Assembly (NCBI GenBank): GCA_052279835.1
Contig: CP181291.1
Location: 2,464,001-2,528,000, forward strand
Direction of reading: 5' to 3'
From: Microcoleus sp.
GTDB taxonomy: Bacteria > Cyanobacteriota > Cyanobacteriia > Cyanobacteriales > Microcoleaceae
DNA length: 64,000 nucleotides
The position numbers were made by a program, and so were the translations under genes. Of this stretch, positions 1 through 9,774 are shown piece after piece. Every line of letters begins with the position of its first letter. Positions within the stretch are counted from its first letter, which is position 1. Below the pieces are notes generated by a model. The model ran no database searches. It was not told the origin of the DNA and was given only the letters and a program-made list of their open reading frames with translations.

Positions 1-91
1 CGTCCAGCTCCTGAATCACCGAGTTAAGGACTTGTTCTGCCGATTTGGCATCCTCTGGATCGCCTGCGGAGTATTTGTTCTCTTGCGCCAT
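1..91 (-). CDS. 5' end of a gene running off the window (MAQENKYSAGDPEDAKSAEQVLNSVIQELD...), possibly a SepJ/FraG-like coiled-coil + DMT protein
   Basis: ATG at 91 on the minus strand, open to the window edge. The helix resembles the SepJ N-terminus from memory only; just 30 codons are visible. Confidence 0.35.
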   Translation of the reverse strand, partial: MAQENKYSAGDPEDAKSAEQVLNSVIQELD

Positions 92-211
92 TATTAACGT
101 ATAACCTCTAATTTAAACTGTACGTTCAGTATTCTGAACTATCTTGTAAATTAGTTGACAATTTTCAGTCACTTTATCTAAAAGACGGCTGACACTATAG
201 TAGTTGCTGAG

Positions 212-511
212 TTGGAGAGTAAAAAATTGGGTCAAACGAAGCTATCCCGGAGGGAATCGCCCGAAGAACACTTTGTGCAATTAGAAATTATACTACAACG
301 CCATGCTGAAGCACTCGAAGCCGAAGTCAGAGCTTTGCAAACCGCAGATGAAACCGCCCAGTGGTCTGGTGACTGGAAGCGTTACTACAACTGGCGTTTC
401 GCTAAAATTTTTGCCTCTGTGAAGATTTTTCGCAACTGGGGTGCAGATGCTGCTGCTTGGCAACTGCTGCCACTGCGACAGTATCCCAATCGAGGCAATC
501 AGAAGGATTAG
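212..511 (+). CDS. hypothetical protein
   Basis: 99-aa ORF filling the gap between two minus-strand genes; no recognisable motif. Confidence 0.4.
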   Translation: MESKKLGQTKLSRRESPEEHFVQLEIILQRHAEALEAEVRALQTADETAQWSGDWKRYYNWRFAKIFASVKIFRNWGADAAAWQLLPLRQYPNRGNQKD

Positions 512-622
512 TTCGCTGTCAGTTGACAGCAACTAGGTAGGTGCCGTACAACGCAACTATATAATCTCAAGTATCCCAAGGCCCTCTAGTCGATGACTAT
601 TTTATTAAGTGGGCTAGTTTTT

Positions 623-2011
623 CTATTTCAGTACAATCCATTGAACGATACTGAAAATTCCGGCACCCAAACCAGCGGCGATCGGAATTGTGACTAACCA
701 AGCCGAACCAATAGACCGCAAAGTTTGCCAACGTACAGATTGCCAACTATTGACAAGTCCCACTCCGACAACTGCACCCACTAAAGCATGGGAAGTGGAA
801 ACAGGCAACCCCAAGCGGGATGCTAACAAGACAGTAGCAGCGGTGGATAATTCTGCGCAAAATCCGCCACTTGGTTGCAGTTGGATGATGCCCTCCCCCA
901 CTGTGGCAATCACATTTTCGCCCCAAAGGGCCAAACCGATGACTATTCCGACACCTCCGATGACTAAAATCCACAGGGGAACACTGAAATCATTCAGAGG
1001 AAAGGAACCTGTGCGACGGATATAGGCGATCGCAGCTAAGGGCGCAACGGCATTACCTACATCATTGGAACCGTGGGCAAAGGCCACAAAGCAGGCACTG
1101 ATGGCTTGAAATCGGGCCATTTGTTGCTCTATGGGAGATAGGGAAATGGTGGGAGTGGGAGAGTTTGTGGCTATTCCGTCTTCCTTGTTTGTACCCCGAT
1201 CGAAGTCGAAGGGCTTTCTTCCTTCTTGATTCCCCTCAAGGGGGGTTGCTGCTGATGCTAATTTTTGCCAGCTATTTTGGGTCAAGGCCATAGTTGCGAT
1301 CGCCCCAAGGCCAATCATCACATCCTGTACTGGAAGATTCCAGCCAAATCTGTCGTGGATTTGGGCCAAAATTCCTGTCTGCACAAAGGCCACATCAACA
1401 ACTGAGGGCAATACAATGACCCCAAATATGCTCAGCATTGCTGTACTCAGCCAAGGTATCCATTCGCGCATTCGATCCAGAGGGTCGGGTCGATCGAGAA
1501 TCGAATACTTGACTAAACTGTAAAATATGGCGGCTAAAGCACCACTGGCGAATGGTGTCGCCAGCCAAGTTAGGGAAATAGTCCCGATAGTTACCCAGTC
1601 AACAGCACCAATGCCCGCAGCTACCCAGCTAAAACCGGCGATCGCACCTACAACCGCATGAGATGAAGAAACTGGTAAACCCAGACGGGTAGCGATTTGC
1701 AGCCATAAACCACAAGCTGCTAGCACTGACACCATCCCGATTAAAAATACTTGGGGCTCCTTGGCAAATACTTCTGGATTTACGACTCCCGTTGCCAGAG
1801 TTTCGGAAACTCCTTTGCCGAAAAGCACCGCACCTGTAAATTCCAGTATGCCAGCTACAATTATTGCCTGCCTGAGCGTTAGGGCTTTTGAGCCTACCGA
1901 TGTTCCCATGGAGTTAGCGACATCGTTAGCACCCAAATTAGCCGCGACGTACAAAGCTAGTGCTGCGATCGCCAACAGGGGTATAATTTCGCCCACAGAA
2001 ATATTTAACAT
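623..2011 (-). CDS. inorganic phosphate transporter, PiT family
   Basis: GANDVANSMGT and HGSNDVGNAVAP signature motifs; multi-TM; start moved to the ATG at 2011 to avoid overlapping rplS. Confidence 0.93.
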   Translation of the reverse strand: MLNISVGEIIPLLAIAALALYVAANLGANDVANSMGTSVGSKALTLRQAIIVAGILEFTGAVLFGKGVSETLATGVVNPEVFAKEPQVFLIGMVSVLAACGLWLQIATRLGLPVSSSHAVVGAIAGFSWVAAGIGAVDWVTIGTISLTWLATPFASGALAAIFYSLVKYSILDRPDPLDRMREWIPWLSTAMLSIFGVIVLPSVVDVAFVQTGILAQIHDRFGWNLPVQDVMIGLGAIATMALTQNSWQKLASAATPLEGNQEGRKPFDFDRGTNKEDGIATNSPTPTISLSPIEQQMARFQAISACFVAFAHGSNDVGNAVAPLAAIAYIRRTGSFPLNDFSVPLWILVIGGVGIVIGLALWGENVIATVGEGIIQLQPSGGFCAELSTAATVLLASRLGLPVSTSHALVGAVVGVGLVNSWQSVRWQTLRSIGSAWLVTIPIAAGLGAGIFSIVQWIVLK

Positions 2012-2078
2012 AAAGTTTTTTTGACATAAAACTGGCAGTTCGATATATGATAAGGGATTGTGAGTTTTGGAAAATCTT

Positions 2079-2462
2079 ATGAAAGGCGCAGAAATAATCC
2101 GCTCCCTAGAGACGGAAGAAATAGATAGAGTCAAATCAGAACTCAGCAAAGTGCTCCCCGAAATTTACGTCGGCGACACAGTGCGAGTCGGGGTGAAAAT
2201 TAAAGAGGGCAATAAAGAGCGGGTTCAGCCCTACGAAGGCACTGTGATTGCCATGCGTAACGGCGGAATTAATGAAACTATTACTGTGCGCCGTGTATTT
2301 CAGGGTGTGGGTGTAGAACGGGTGTTTTTGATTCACTCGCCCCGGATTGCGACGATCCAAGTGATGCGACGCGGGAAAGTCCGCAGAGCCAAGCTGTACT
2401 ACCTGCGCGATCGGGTGGGCAAAGCTACCCGCGTCAAACAGCGGTTCGATCGCTCTCTTTAG
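2079..2462 (+). CDS. rplS: 50S ribosomal protein L19
   Basis: [23 protein letters not shown] and [14 protein letters not shown] motifs. Confidence 0.97.
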   Translation: MKGAEIIRSLETEEIDRVKSELSKVLPEIYVGDTVRVGVKIKEGNKERVQPYEGTVIAMRNGGINETITVRRVFQGVGVERVFLIHSPRIATIQVMRRGKVRRAKLYYLRDRVGKATRVKQRFDRSL

Positions 2463-2593
2463 GAATGCACTCAGGCTATTCCCCATTCAGAAATTGGAAA
2501 TTGCTAAATTTTAAAAAAAAGTTTCCAATTTACGAGCGCACTGTGTTAGAATAAAATTCTAGAGGTTAAGCAAATATTCGCAACCTCACCTGT

Positions 2594-2666
2594 GCGCTCT
2601 TAGTTCAGTTGGTAGAACGCAGGTCTCCAAAACCTGATGTCGGGGGTTCAAGTCCTCCAGGGCGCG
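2594..2666 (+). tRNA. trnW: tRNA-Trp (CCA)
   Basis: GCGCTCT/AGGGCGC acceptor stem, anticodon arm CAGGT-CTCCAAA-ACCTG, T-loop GGTTCAAGTCC; usual position before secE. Confidence 0.97.
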
Positions 2667-2797
2667 CTGAATCACCAAAACTTAAATTCTGCCCGAAAGC
2701 GCCCGGATTATTAGCTGGTAACAGCGGAAATCTCAAGCTTTTGGGTAGAATTAATTTTTGTGGGCGGTTCGCAAAAATCAGGACTTGCAGCAATGCA

Positions 2798-2927
2798 AAT
2801 AGGGTAGGGCAGACCCGAATTAACGCTTGGGGAGAATCCCACGTCTAGTCTAGATGACGGCAGGAATCTAGGTTAAGTGGTTTCGTTGAACCAAGAATCC
2901 CCGCGCCTGATTGTCGGGGAATGTCAA
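2798..2927 (+). mobile_element. orphan IS200/IS605 right end / TnpB omegaRNA-like remnant without tnpB
   Basis: GAATCCCC...GGGGAATGTCAA terminal hairpin like the IS right end at 39468-39502; CTTGG/CCAAG pairing; translates as the TnpB-tail-like RVGQTRINAWGE. Confidence 0.7.
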
Positions 2928-3030
2928 GCTCAGATAGATTTGGCTTGTCAAGTGGTTGCTTTAGATTTGAGATGGAAATTGGGCTAAGTGGTTAGTGTCA
3001 AAAAATCTGAGACCCGATCGCCACTGAGAC

Positions 3031-3062
3031 AATCTAAAATCTAAAATCTAAAATCTGAAATC
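3031..3062. repeat. STRR heptamer repeat (AATCTAA)n
   Basis: about 4 tandem copies upstream of secE. Confidence 0.8.
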
Positions 3063-3079
3063 GCAAGGGGGATTCAATT

Positions 3080-3313
3080 GTGGCAAAAAAAGACGAAGCT
3101 CAAGAAACTCAAGAAATAACAGCGCCTGGGTTTGACCCTGCGGGTTTTTTTAAGGAAACGAGAGAAGAACTCGATAAGGTGGTTTGGCCGAGTCGCCAGC
3201 AGCTAATCAGCGAGTCTTTGGCAGTGCTTTTGATGGTAATCCTCTCAGCAAGCCTGATCTACTTGGTGGATAACTTCTTTAACTGGGGCGCAGCAAAGGT
3301 GTTTGGACCATGA
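3080..3313 (+). CDS. secE: preprotein translocase subunit SecE
   Basis: ELDKVVWPSRQQL motif, one TM, synteny. Confidence 0.95.
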   Translation: MAKKDEAQETQEITAPGFDPAGFFKETREELDKVVWPSRQQLISESLAVLLMVILSASLIYLVDNFFNWGAAKVFGP

Positions 3314-3948
3314 CTTTTGCATCAGAAGAATCTGAATATTCCACAGAAACCACCGCAGAAAAAGGCTCGCCAGAGGTTCCGGCGATCGTGGCTCGCTGGT
3401 ATGCGGTTCAGGTTGCTTCCGGCTGCGAAAAGCGGGTGAAGGCAAACTTACAGCAGCGGATTCAAACTTTGGATGTTGCCGATCGCATTGTTCAAGTGGA
3501 AATTCCGCAAACTCCGGCGATCAAAGTCGGTAAAGACGGTTCCAGACGGCAGTCAGACGAAAAAATCTTTCCCGGCTATGTACTCATCCGTATGTTTATG
3601 GACGAGGATACGTGGCAGGTGATCAAAAATACCCCGAACGTAATTAACTTTGTCGGGGCAGAACAAAAACGCCGCTACGGGCGCGGCAGGGGTCACGTCA
3701 AACCGCTACCTCTGAGTCACTCAGAAGTAGAACGGATCTTCAGAAATGCTCAGGAATCAGAACCAGTTGTCAAAGTATCGATGGCAACAGGAGACCACGT
3801 TGTGGTACTTTCCGGGCCATTTAAGGATTTTGAAGGTGATGTGATTGAAGTTAGCCCGGAACGGAACAAGCTCAAAGTTTTACTCTCGATTTTTGGGCGC
3901 GATACGCCTGTAGAATTAGAGTTCAATCAGGTTCAGAAACAGAACTAA
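3310..3948 (+). CDS. nusG: transcription termination/antitermination factor NusG
   Basis: WYAVQVASGCE, FPGYVL, KOW GPFKDFEG, IFGRDTPVEL. Confidence 0.97.
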   Translation: MTFASEESEYSTETTAEKGSPEVPAIVARWYAVQVASGCEKRVKANLQQRIQTLDVADRIVQVEIPQTPAIKVGKDGSRRQSDEKIFPGYVLIRMFMDEDTWQVIKNTPNVINFVGAEQKRRYGRGRGHVKPLPLSHSEVERIFRNAQESEPVVKVSMATGDHVVVLSGPFKDFEGDVIEVSPERNKLKVLLSIFGRDTPVELEFNQVQKQN

Positions 3949-3951
3949 CTA

Positions 3952-4377
3952 ATGGCAAAGAAAGTTGTTGCAGTAATTAAGTTGGCGATTACGGCGGGAA
4001 AAGCCAACCCAGCTCCTCCCATCGGCCCGGCCTTGGGTCAGCATGGCGTCAATATCATGATGTTTTGCAAGGAGTACAATGCTAGAACCGCAGACCAAGC
4101 GGGTCTAGTGGTTCCAGTAGAAATTTCGGTTTTTGAAGACCGCAGTTTTACGTTTATTCTCAAAACCCCGCCGGCGTCGGTTTTGATTCAAAAAGCGGCT
4201 GGGATTGCAAAAGGTTCGGGAGAACCTAATCGCAAGCAAGTAGGCAAGATTACCCAAGCTCAACTGCGAGAAATTGCGGAAACAAAAATGCCTGACCTTA
4301 ATGCTAATGATGTTGAGGCGGCCATGAAAATTGTGGCTGGAACGGCTAAGAATATGGGCGTGGCGATCGCGGATTGA
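3952..4377 (+). CDS. rplK: 50S ribosomal protein L11
   Basis: [17 protein letters not shown] motif. Confidence 0.98.
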   Translation: MAKKVVAVIKLAITAGKANPAPPIGPALGQHGVNIMMFCKEYNARTADQAGLVVPVEISVFEDRSFTFILKTPPASVLIQKAAGIAKGSGEPNRKQVGKITQAQLREIAETKMPDLNANDVEAAMKIVAGTAKNMGVAIAD

Positions 4378-4432
4378 AGGAAGAAGGAAGAAGGAAGAAG
4401 GAAGAAGGAAGAAGGAAGAAGGAAGAAGGAAG
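4376..4432. repeat. STRR heptamer repeat (GAAGGAA)n
   Basis: about 8 tandem copies directly after the rplK stop. Confidence 0.9.
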
Positions 4433-4682
4433 AGAGAAAATTTTTTTCTCAGTCGGAATTCTTAATTTCTAGTCCAAGTTCCAAATCTCTAATCCAAAAT
4501 TCCTGATTTTGAATTTCAAATCTTCAATCTAAAATCCCAAATCACAAGTCCTAACTCGATTCAGGGGGAGAAGCAAAGCTTCGCTAGGAATCGCAAATTT
4601 TTTAGATGTGAAATGACCGAAATAGTTCAATTCTGCCATCTAAAATCTCAAATCTACAATCGACTAACCCCAAAAAATCAAA

Positions 4683-5396
4683 ATGGTCAAGAAAGTATCG
4701 CGAAGACTGCAAGAACTGCAAAAGAAAGTTGAAGAAAGAGCCTATCTACCACTAGAAGCTCTGGAACTTTTGAAAGAAACAGCTACAGCCAAGTTTGCTG
4801 AGTCGGCTGAAGCTCACATCCGTCTAGGAATTGACCCAAAATATACTGACCAGCAGTTGCGGACAACTGTGTCGTTACCCAAAGGAACTGGTCAAGTAGT
4901 CAGAGTTGCGGTGATTGCTAAGGGCGAAAAAGTTAAAGAAGCCCTGAACGCTGGTGCCGATATTGCTGGTTCTGAAGAGTTGATTGATGAAATTCAGAAA
5001 GGCATGATGGATTTTGATTGCCTGATTGCGACTCCAGACGTGATGCCCTTGGTGGCAAAATTGGGTCGATTGCTTGGCCCTCGCGGTTTGATGCCTTCTC
5101 CCAAAGGCGGCACGGTGACGGCTGACGTTGCTCAGGCGATCAACGAGTTCAAAGGTGGTAAGATGGAATTCCGTGCCGATAAAACCGGCATCGTTCATGT
5201 TATGTTTGGCAAGGCTGCTTTTTCAGCAGAAGATTTGCTGGTTAACCTTCATGCTTTGCAAGAAACTGTTGACCGCAACCGTCCTTCTGGTGCTAAAGGT
5301 CGCTACTGGCGGAGTTTGTACGTGTCCGCAACCATGGGCCCGTCGATCGAAGTCGATATCAGCGCCTTGCGTGATACTAAACTTGATGCTGGCTAG
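4683..5396 (+). CDS. rplA: 50S ribosomal protein L1
   Basis: [15 protein letters not shown] and SATMGPS motifs. Confidence 0.98.
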   Translation: MVKKVSRRLQELQKKVEERAYLPLEALELLKETATAKFAESAEAHIRLGIDPKYTDQQLRTTVSLPKGTGQVVRVAVIAKGEKVKEALNAGADIAGSEELIDEIQKGMMDFDCLIATPDVMPLVAKLGRLLGPRGLMPSPKGGTVTADVAQAINEFKGGKMEFRADKTGIVHVMFGKAAFSAEDLLVNLHALQETVDRNRPSGAKGRYWRSLYVSATMGPSIEVDISALRDTKLDAG

Positions 5397-5439
5397 AAAG
5401 AATACGGATTCCTGTCTTCTGGTTAAGCCTAATCTAAAA

Positions 5440-5595
5440 TCAATAAGCTGAAGACCGCAGGTGCAGATCGCGCTTAATTTCCTGCCGAGGCTGAAGAACT
5501 AAAAACTCAGGATAGAAAGATTTAAAAGTGACTATTTTTAATTCTTTATTCTTAATTTTTAATTCTCTGCCCCGGCTCCCAGGTCGGGGTTTTTG
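5440..5595 (+). promoter_or_regulatory. L10 leader (rplJ autoregulatory RNA) with downstream hairpin/U-tract
   Basis: GAAGACCGCAGG...CCTGCCGAGG core; CCCGGC...GTCGGGGTTTTT hairpin before rplJ. Confidence 0.75.
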
Positions 5596-5636
5596 ATTGT
5601 CAGTTTTCGATCATCCTTAAAGGAGGTGAAATAAGT

Positions 5637-6212
5637 ATGGGCAAAAGTTTAGCAGTAAAAAATGAGATTATTGCAGACCTCAAGCAAACCTTGAGCGAAT
5701 CTCAACTGGTAATCGCGATCGACTACAAAGGTTTAACTGTGGCTGAAATCACAGATTTGCGTCGGCGTTTGCGTCCGAAAGGCAGCAGTTGCCAAGTGGC
5801 AAAAAACACGCTGATGCGAATTGCGGTTGAAGGCGACAAAACCTGGCAGCCGATGCAGGAATTGCTGACTGGTACGTCAGCGTTTCTGTTCGTGCAAGAA
5901 GATATCGGTGGCGCGATTAAAGCTTACCAAGAATTCCAAAAAGTCTCGAAAAAGACTGAACTTCGCGGCGGCGTGATGGAAGGACGGGTACTGAAAGAAG
6001 CTGATGTTAAGGCATTAGCCGATTTGCCATCGAAAGAACAACTCATGGCTCAAATTGCTGGTGCTCTCAACGGTGTGGCTACCAAGCTGGCTGTGGGTAT
6101 CAATCAAGTTCCTACTTCGATCGCTCGCGGTCTCAAAGCTTATGCTGAAAAAGACGGCGATTCAGCAGGATCTGAAAATAACGGCAGTTCCACAGAAAGC
6201 GAAGCTGCTTAA
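5637..6212 (+). CDS. rplJ: 50S ribosomal protein L10
   Basis: DYKGLTVAEITDLR, VAKNTL, LPSKEQL; RBS AGGAGG. Confidence 0.97.
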   Translation: MGKSLAVKNEIIADLKQTLSESQLVIAIDYKGLTVAEITDLRRRLRPKGSSCQVAKNTLMRIAVEGDKTWQPMQELLTGTSAFLFVQEDIGGAIKAYQEFQKVSKKTELRGGVMEGRVLKEADVKALADLPSKEQLMAQIAGALNGVATKLAVGINQVPTSIARGLKAYAEKDGDSAGSENNGSSTESEAA

Positions 6213-6263
6213 TTAGTTGTTAGTTGTGAATTGTGAATTGCCAATTGTGAGTTGTTAAAAACA

Positions 6264-6329
6264 AATTACCAATTACCAATTACCAATTACCAATTACCAA
6301 TTACCAATTACCAATTACCAATTACCAAT
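6264..6329. repeat. STRR heptamer repeat (AATTACC)n
   Basis: about 9 tandem copies between rplJ and rplL. Confidence 0.9.
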
Positions 6330-6353
6330 CAAATCGAATTAGGAGTTCAACAA

Positions 6354-6746
6354 ATGTCTACTGCAACTGATGAAATCTTGGAAAAACTTAAGTCTTTGAC
6401 TTTGCTCGAAGCATCTGAGTTGGTGAAGCAAATCGAAGAAGCTTTCGGCGTGAGCGCTGCTGCTCCTGTCGGCGGCATGATGATGATGCCTGGTATGGGC
6501 GGTGGAGCTGCTGCTGAAGAAGTAGAAGAGCAAACCGAGTTTACTGTCATGTTGGAAGAAGTTCCTGCTGACAAGAAAATTGCCATCCTCAAGGAAGTCC
6601 GCGCGATTACCGGTTTGGGCTTGAAAGAAGCGAAAGACTTGGTAGAAGCCGCACCGAAAGCAGTTAAGGAAGCTATTGCTAAGGAAGCTGCTGAAGAAAT
6701 GAAGAAACAGCTTGAAGCTGTGGGCGCAAAGGTATCTGTCAAATAG
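6354..6746 (+). CDS. rplL: 50S ribosomal protein L7/L12
   Basis: [12 protein letters not shown] motif; start at ATG 6354 after AGGAG. Confidence 0.97.
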   Translation: MSTATDEILEKLKSLTLLEASELVKQIEEAFGVSAAAPVGGMMMMPGMGGGAAAEEVEEQTEFTVMLEEVPADKKIAILKEVRAITGLGLKEAKDLVEAAPKAVKEAIAKEAAEEMKKQLEAVGAKVSVK

Positions 6747-6787
6747 TAATAGAGTATAGCTGACAGGTTTAAACCTGTCGCTCTCAG

Positions 6788-6822
6788 ACCTCAGTCTTGA
6801 CATCAAGACTGAGGCTTTTTTC
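6788..6822 (+). terminator. intrinsic terminator of the rplJL operon
   Basis: CCTCAGTCTTGA-CA-TCAAGACTGAGG hairpin followed by a T-run. Confidence 0.8.
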
Positions 6823-6860
6823 TGAATGACAATAGTCACCGAGTCGCTTTTTTGCCGTTT

Positions 6861-6966
6861 ATATTGTTGACCGTTGCATGGTCATGATTTAACCGCAGAG
6901 AACACAGAGGACACAGAGGGAGAGAACAGAGAGATGAATAATTCAGATGAAGAGAGGATTTGATAT
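6861..6966. repeat. dispersed MITE-like repeat, copy 1
   Basis: shares TATTGTTGACCGTTGCAT...GATTTAACC...GAGAGATGAATAATT..GATG...GGATTTGATAT with 15949-16056 and 42659-42797. Confidence 0.75.
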
Positions 6967-8294
6967 TATTGAGCATGGACAAGTTCACCCATAACATAGG
7001 TTGCTACAATTGTTCGGTCGTCGCCTAAGACGATCGTACTGAATAGCTGCTCCCCTAATTCTTCTATGGTGATTGGTGTCATCTGCTGATTGTTTTGCTC
7101 GTTTCTAAATGCCATAACTGGAGTTGCTCGTGGATTGAGAATCACAAAGTCTGCTTCTTTACCTACATCAAAGTTGCCGATTTTATCTTCCAGCTTTAGC
7201 GCTCTTGCTCCACCGAGTGTGGCTAGGAACATGGCTTGAAACGGTGAAAGCTTTTGCTGCTGAAGTTGAGCTACTTTGTAAGCTTCACTGGCAGTTTGCA
7301 ACAATGAAAAACTGGTTCCAGCTCCGACATCGGTGGCTAAACCAAGCTTAATTGGTGCGTGCTTGGCGGTTGCTTGCTCGATATTAAACAATCCGCTGCC
7401 CAAGAACAAATTAGAAGTTGGACAGAATGCAATCGCGGCTTTTGCCTGAGCCAGTCGATCGAATTCAGCATCGGTTAATTGAACACAATGGGCAAAGATG
7501 GAGCGCTCTCCCACCAAGCCAAATCGATCGTAAACATCCAGATAGCCCTGACTGTCTGGAAACAGTTGTTGCACCCATTCCACTTCCTTCATGTTCTCAG
7601 AGAGGTGCGTATGCAAATAGGTGTCTGGAAATTCGCTTAAAAGCTGGCGGGCGTAGGTTAGTTGTTGGGGGGTTGAAGTTGGTGCAAATCGGGGCGTGAC
7701 AGCATAGAGCAAGCGATTTTTGCCGTGCCATTTTTCGATGAGCGCTCTGCTCTGGTAGTAAGACGACTCGGCTGTATCACAGAGAAAATCGGGAGCATGG
7801 CGATCCATCATCACCTTACCTACGATCGTGCGGAGGTTTCTGCGATCGCATTCCTCAAACAATGAATCTACTGATTCTGGAAATACAGCTCCTAGTACAA
7901 CGGCAGTTGTCGTACCATTGCGTAATAATTGGTCGATAAAAATTGGCGCCACGCGATCGCAATAAGCTTTATCTTTGAATTTATGCTCGGTGGGAAAAAT
8001 ATATTTCTCTAGCCATTCTAAGAGTTGTTCTCCATAGGCCCCAATAATTCCAGTTTGAGGAAAATGAATATGTAGATCGATGAATCCAGGCAAGAGGAGA
8101 CGATCGGGATAAGACTCAATGGCAATCCCAACATACTGCTCTTTTAGTAACTCATAATCACCAAGCTCTTTGACCTTGCCCTGTTCTAAAACCAGTAATC
8201 CGTCTGGAATATAGCGAACACTCTCCGATTCAGACACATAAAAAGGATCGTCAACAAAATCTAAAATTGCACTGCGAAACGCTTTCAAAGTCAT
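6966..8294 (-). CDS. guaD: guanine deaminase
   Basis: PGFIDLHIHFPQ, VTPRFAPTS, HTHLSEN, GLATDVGAG; ATGA overlap with the permease. Confidence 0.95.
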   Translation of the reverse strand: MTLKAFRSAILDFVDDPFYVSESESVRYIPDGLLVLEQGKVKELGDYELLKEQYVGIAIESYPDRLLLPGFIDLHIHFPQTGIIGAYGEQLLEWLEKYIFPTEHKFKDKAYCDRVAPIFIDQLLRNGTTTAVVLGAVFPESVDSLFEECDRRNLRTIVGKVMMDRHAPDFLCDTAESSYYQSRALIEKWHGKNRLLYAVTPRFAPTSTPQQLTYARQLLSEFPDTYLHTHLSENMKEVEWVQQLFPDSQGYLDVYDRFGLVGERSIFAHCVQLTDAEFDRLAQAKAAIAFCPTSNLFLGSGLFNIEQATAKHAPIKLGLATDVGAGTSFSLLQTASEAYKVAQLQQQKLSPFQAMFLATLGGARALKLEDKIGNFDVGKEADFVILNPRATPVMAFRNEQNNQQMTPITIEELGEQLFSTIVLGDDRTIVATYVMGELVHAQ

Positions 8295-9709
8295 CGATGA
8301 AACCTCACTGCCATAAAGATGAATCGAGCAATGAAGATAGCAGCAATGATCCAAGTACCTCTAGGAACTTGATGAGCTTTCCCTTGCATCAATTTCACCA
8401 GCGGATAAGCAATGAAACCAAAGGCTAACCCTTCAGCGATTGAGTAGGTTAGCGGAATCATAAAAATGGTCAGAAACGCCGGAATTACCTCAGCCATGTC
8501 ATCCCAGTCAAGTTCCCTCACTTCTGCCAGCATCATTGCCCCAACAATCACCAATGTCGGAGTTGTAGCAAACGCTGGAATAGCTTGAATCACCGGAATG
8601 AAGAACAGCGCTACTAGAAATAATGCACTAATCACCAATGCCGTAAATCCGGTGCGTCCACCTTCTGCAACACCCGCAACCGATTCAACATAGGCAGTGA
8701 CGCTAGAAGTGCCAAACAGTGGTCCGACTGTTGTGCCAATCGCATCTGCCATCAGCGCTTGATTGGCTCTGGGCAGTTGCCCATCCGTGGTAATATAGCC
8801 AGCTCGCATCCCTACACCCGTGAGAGTGCCAATAGTGTCAAAAATATCGACAAACAAGAACACTAACAACACTGCAATCCAATCAACAAAGTTTTGAGCA
8901 TTCAGATTCTGCAATCCTATAATTGCTTGCCCAAACAGATCCGTTGGCATTGTAGGCATTGCAAACAGTCCAGTTGGAGGGGGTGAAACATGGAGCACCC
9001 AAGCCAAGATAGCGGTGCTGGCAATCCCCAACAGCAATGCACCTTTGACTTTTCGCACGACTAACCCTGCCGTGATCAGAATCCCGATGCTTGCGAGCAA
9101 AGTATTTGGCTCTGCAAAGCTGCCGAAAGCAGTCTTCGTGGCTTCGTTGCTCACAATCAGCCCTGCCCCACCTTTAGTAACATCGCCCGACAAACCGATG
9201 TAGGCGATAAACAATCCAATTCCACCGGCAGTTGCGTGTTTAATTGAGGACGGAATTGCTTGAATCAATAAGCGCCGCACATCAGTAAAAGTCAATGCAA
9301 TAAAAATTAAACCCTGAACGAATACACAGGAGAGCGCTAGCCGCCAGTCAATCTTCAAGCCCAATACTACAGAAAAGGCAAAAAAGGCATTTGTTCCCAT
9401 ACCGGGTGCCAGTCCAAAGGGATAGTTGGCAAAAACCGCCATGCAAAAGGTAGAGATTGCTGAGGCAATGGCGGTGGCTACGGCTAATTGAGAAAATAAA
9501 TCACCGGATTTTTCCAGAAAAATGGCGTTTGAGAGAATGATCGGATTCACAACCAGGATATATCCCATGGTCATGAAGGTGGTGACACCAGCCAAAATTT
9601 CTGTTCGGAAATTAGTGCGGTAGAAATTAAACTTAAAGTAATTAGCAAGCTTTGCTTGCCAACCTTTATATACGTATGGCGGCCGCACTTCAACTTCGGT
9701 TTTGCTCAT
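8291..9709 (-). CDS. NCS2/AzgA-family purine permease
   Basis: EILAGVTTFMTMGYI, APGMGTNAFF, GTSSVTAYVESVAGVAEGGRTG. Confidence 0.93.
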   Translation of the reverse strand: MSKTEVEVRPPYVYKGWQAKLANYFKFNFYRTNFRTEILAGVTTFMTMGYILVVNPIILSNAIFLEKSGDLFSQLAVATAIASAISTFCMAVFANYPFGLAPGMGTNAFFAFSVVLGLKIDWRLALSCVFVQGLIFIALTFTDVRRLLIQAIPSSIKHATAGGIGLFIAYIGLSGDVTKGGAGLIVSNEATKTAFGSFAEPNTLLASIGILITAGLVVRKVKGALLLGIASTAILAWVLHVSPPPTGLFAMPTMPTDLFGQAIIGLQNLNAQNFVDWIAVLLVFLFVDIFDTIGTLTGVGMRAGYITTDGQLPRANQALMADAIGTTVGPLFGTSSVTAYVESVAGVAEGGRTGFTALVISALFLVALFFIPVIQAIPAFATTPTLVIVGAMMLAEVRELDWDDMAEVIPAFLTIFMIPLTYSIAEGLAFGFIAYPLVKLMQGKAHQVPRGTWIIAAIFIARFIFMAVRFHR

Positions 9710-9774
9710 ATAATGCTCCTCAACAATAGTTTGAACATCGAGTAGTGTGAATAAATGATGGACTTAATCTATGA

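Noticed and set aside
2012..2149. N-terminal extension of the PiT ORF
   Set aside because: Overlaps rplS on the opposite strand; ATG 2011 fits the first TM helix
2605..2848. ORFs 2605-2793 (-) and 2609-2848 (+)
   Set aside because: They overlap tRNA-Trp and the IS-end remnant; not independent genes
6252..6353. N-terminal YQLPITN-repeat extension of RplL
   Set aside because: Translation of the AATTACC STRR; the true start is ATG 6354 with an AGGAG RBS
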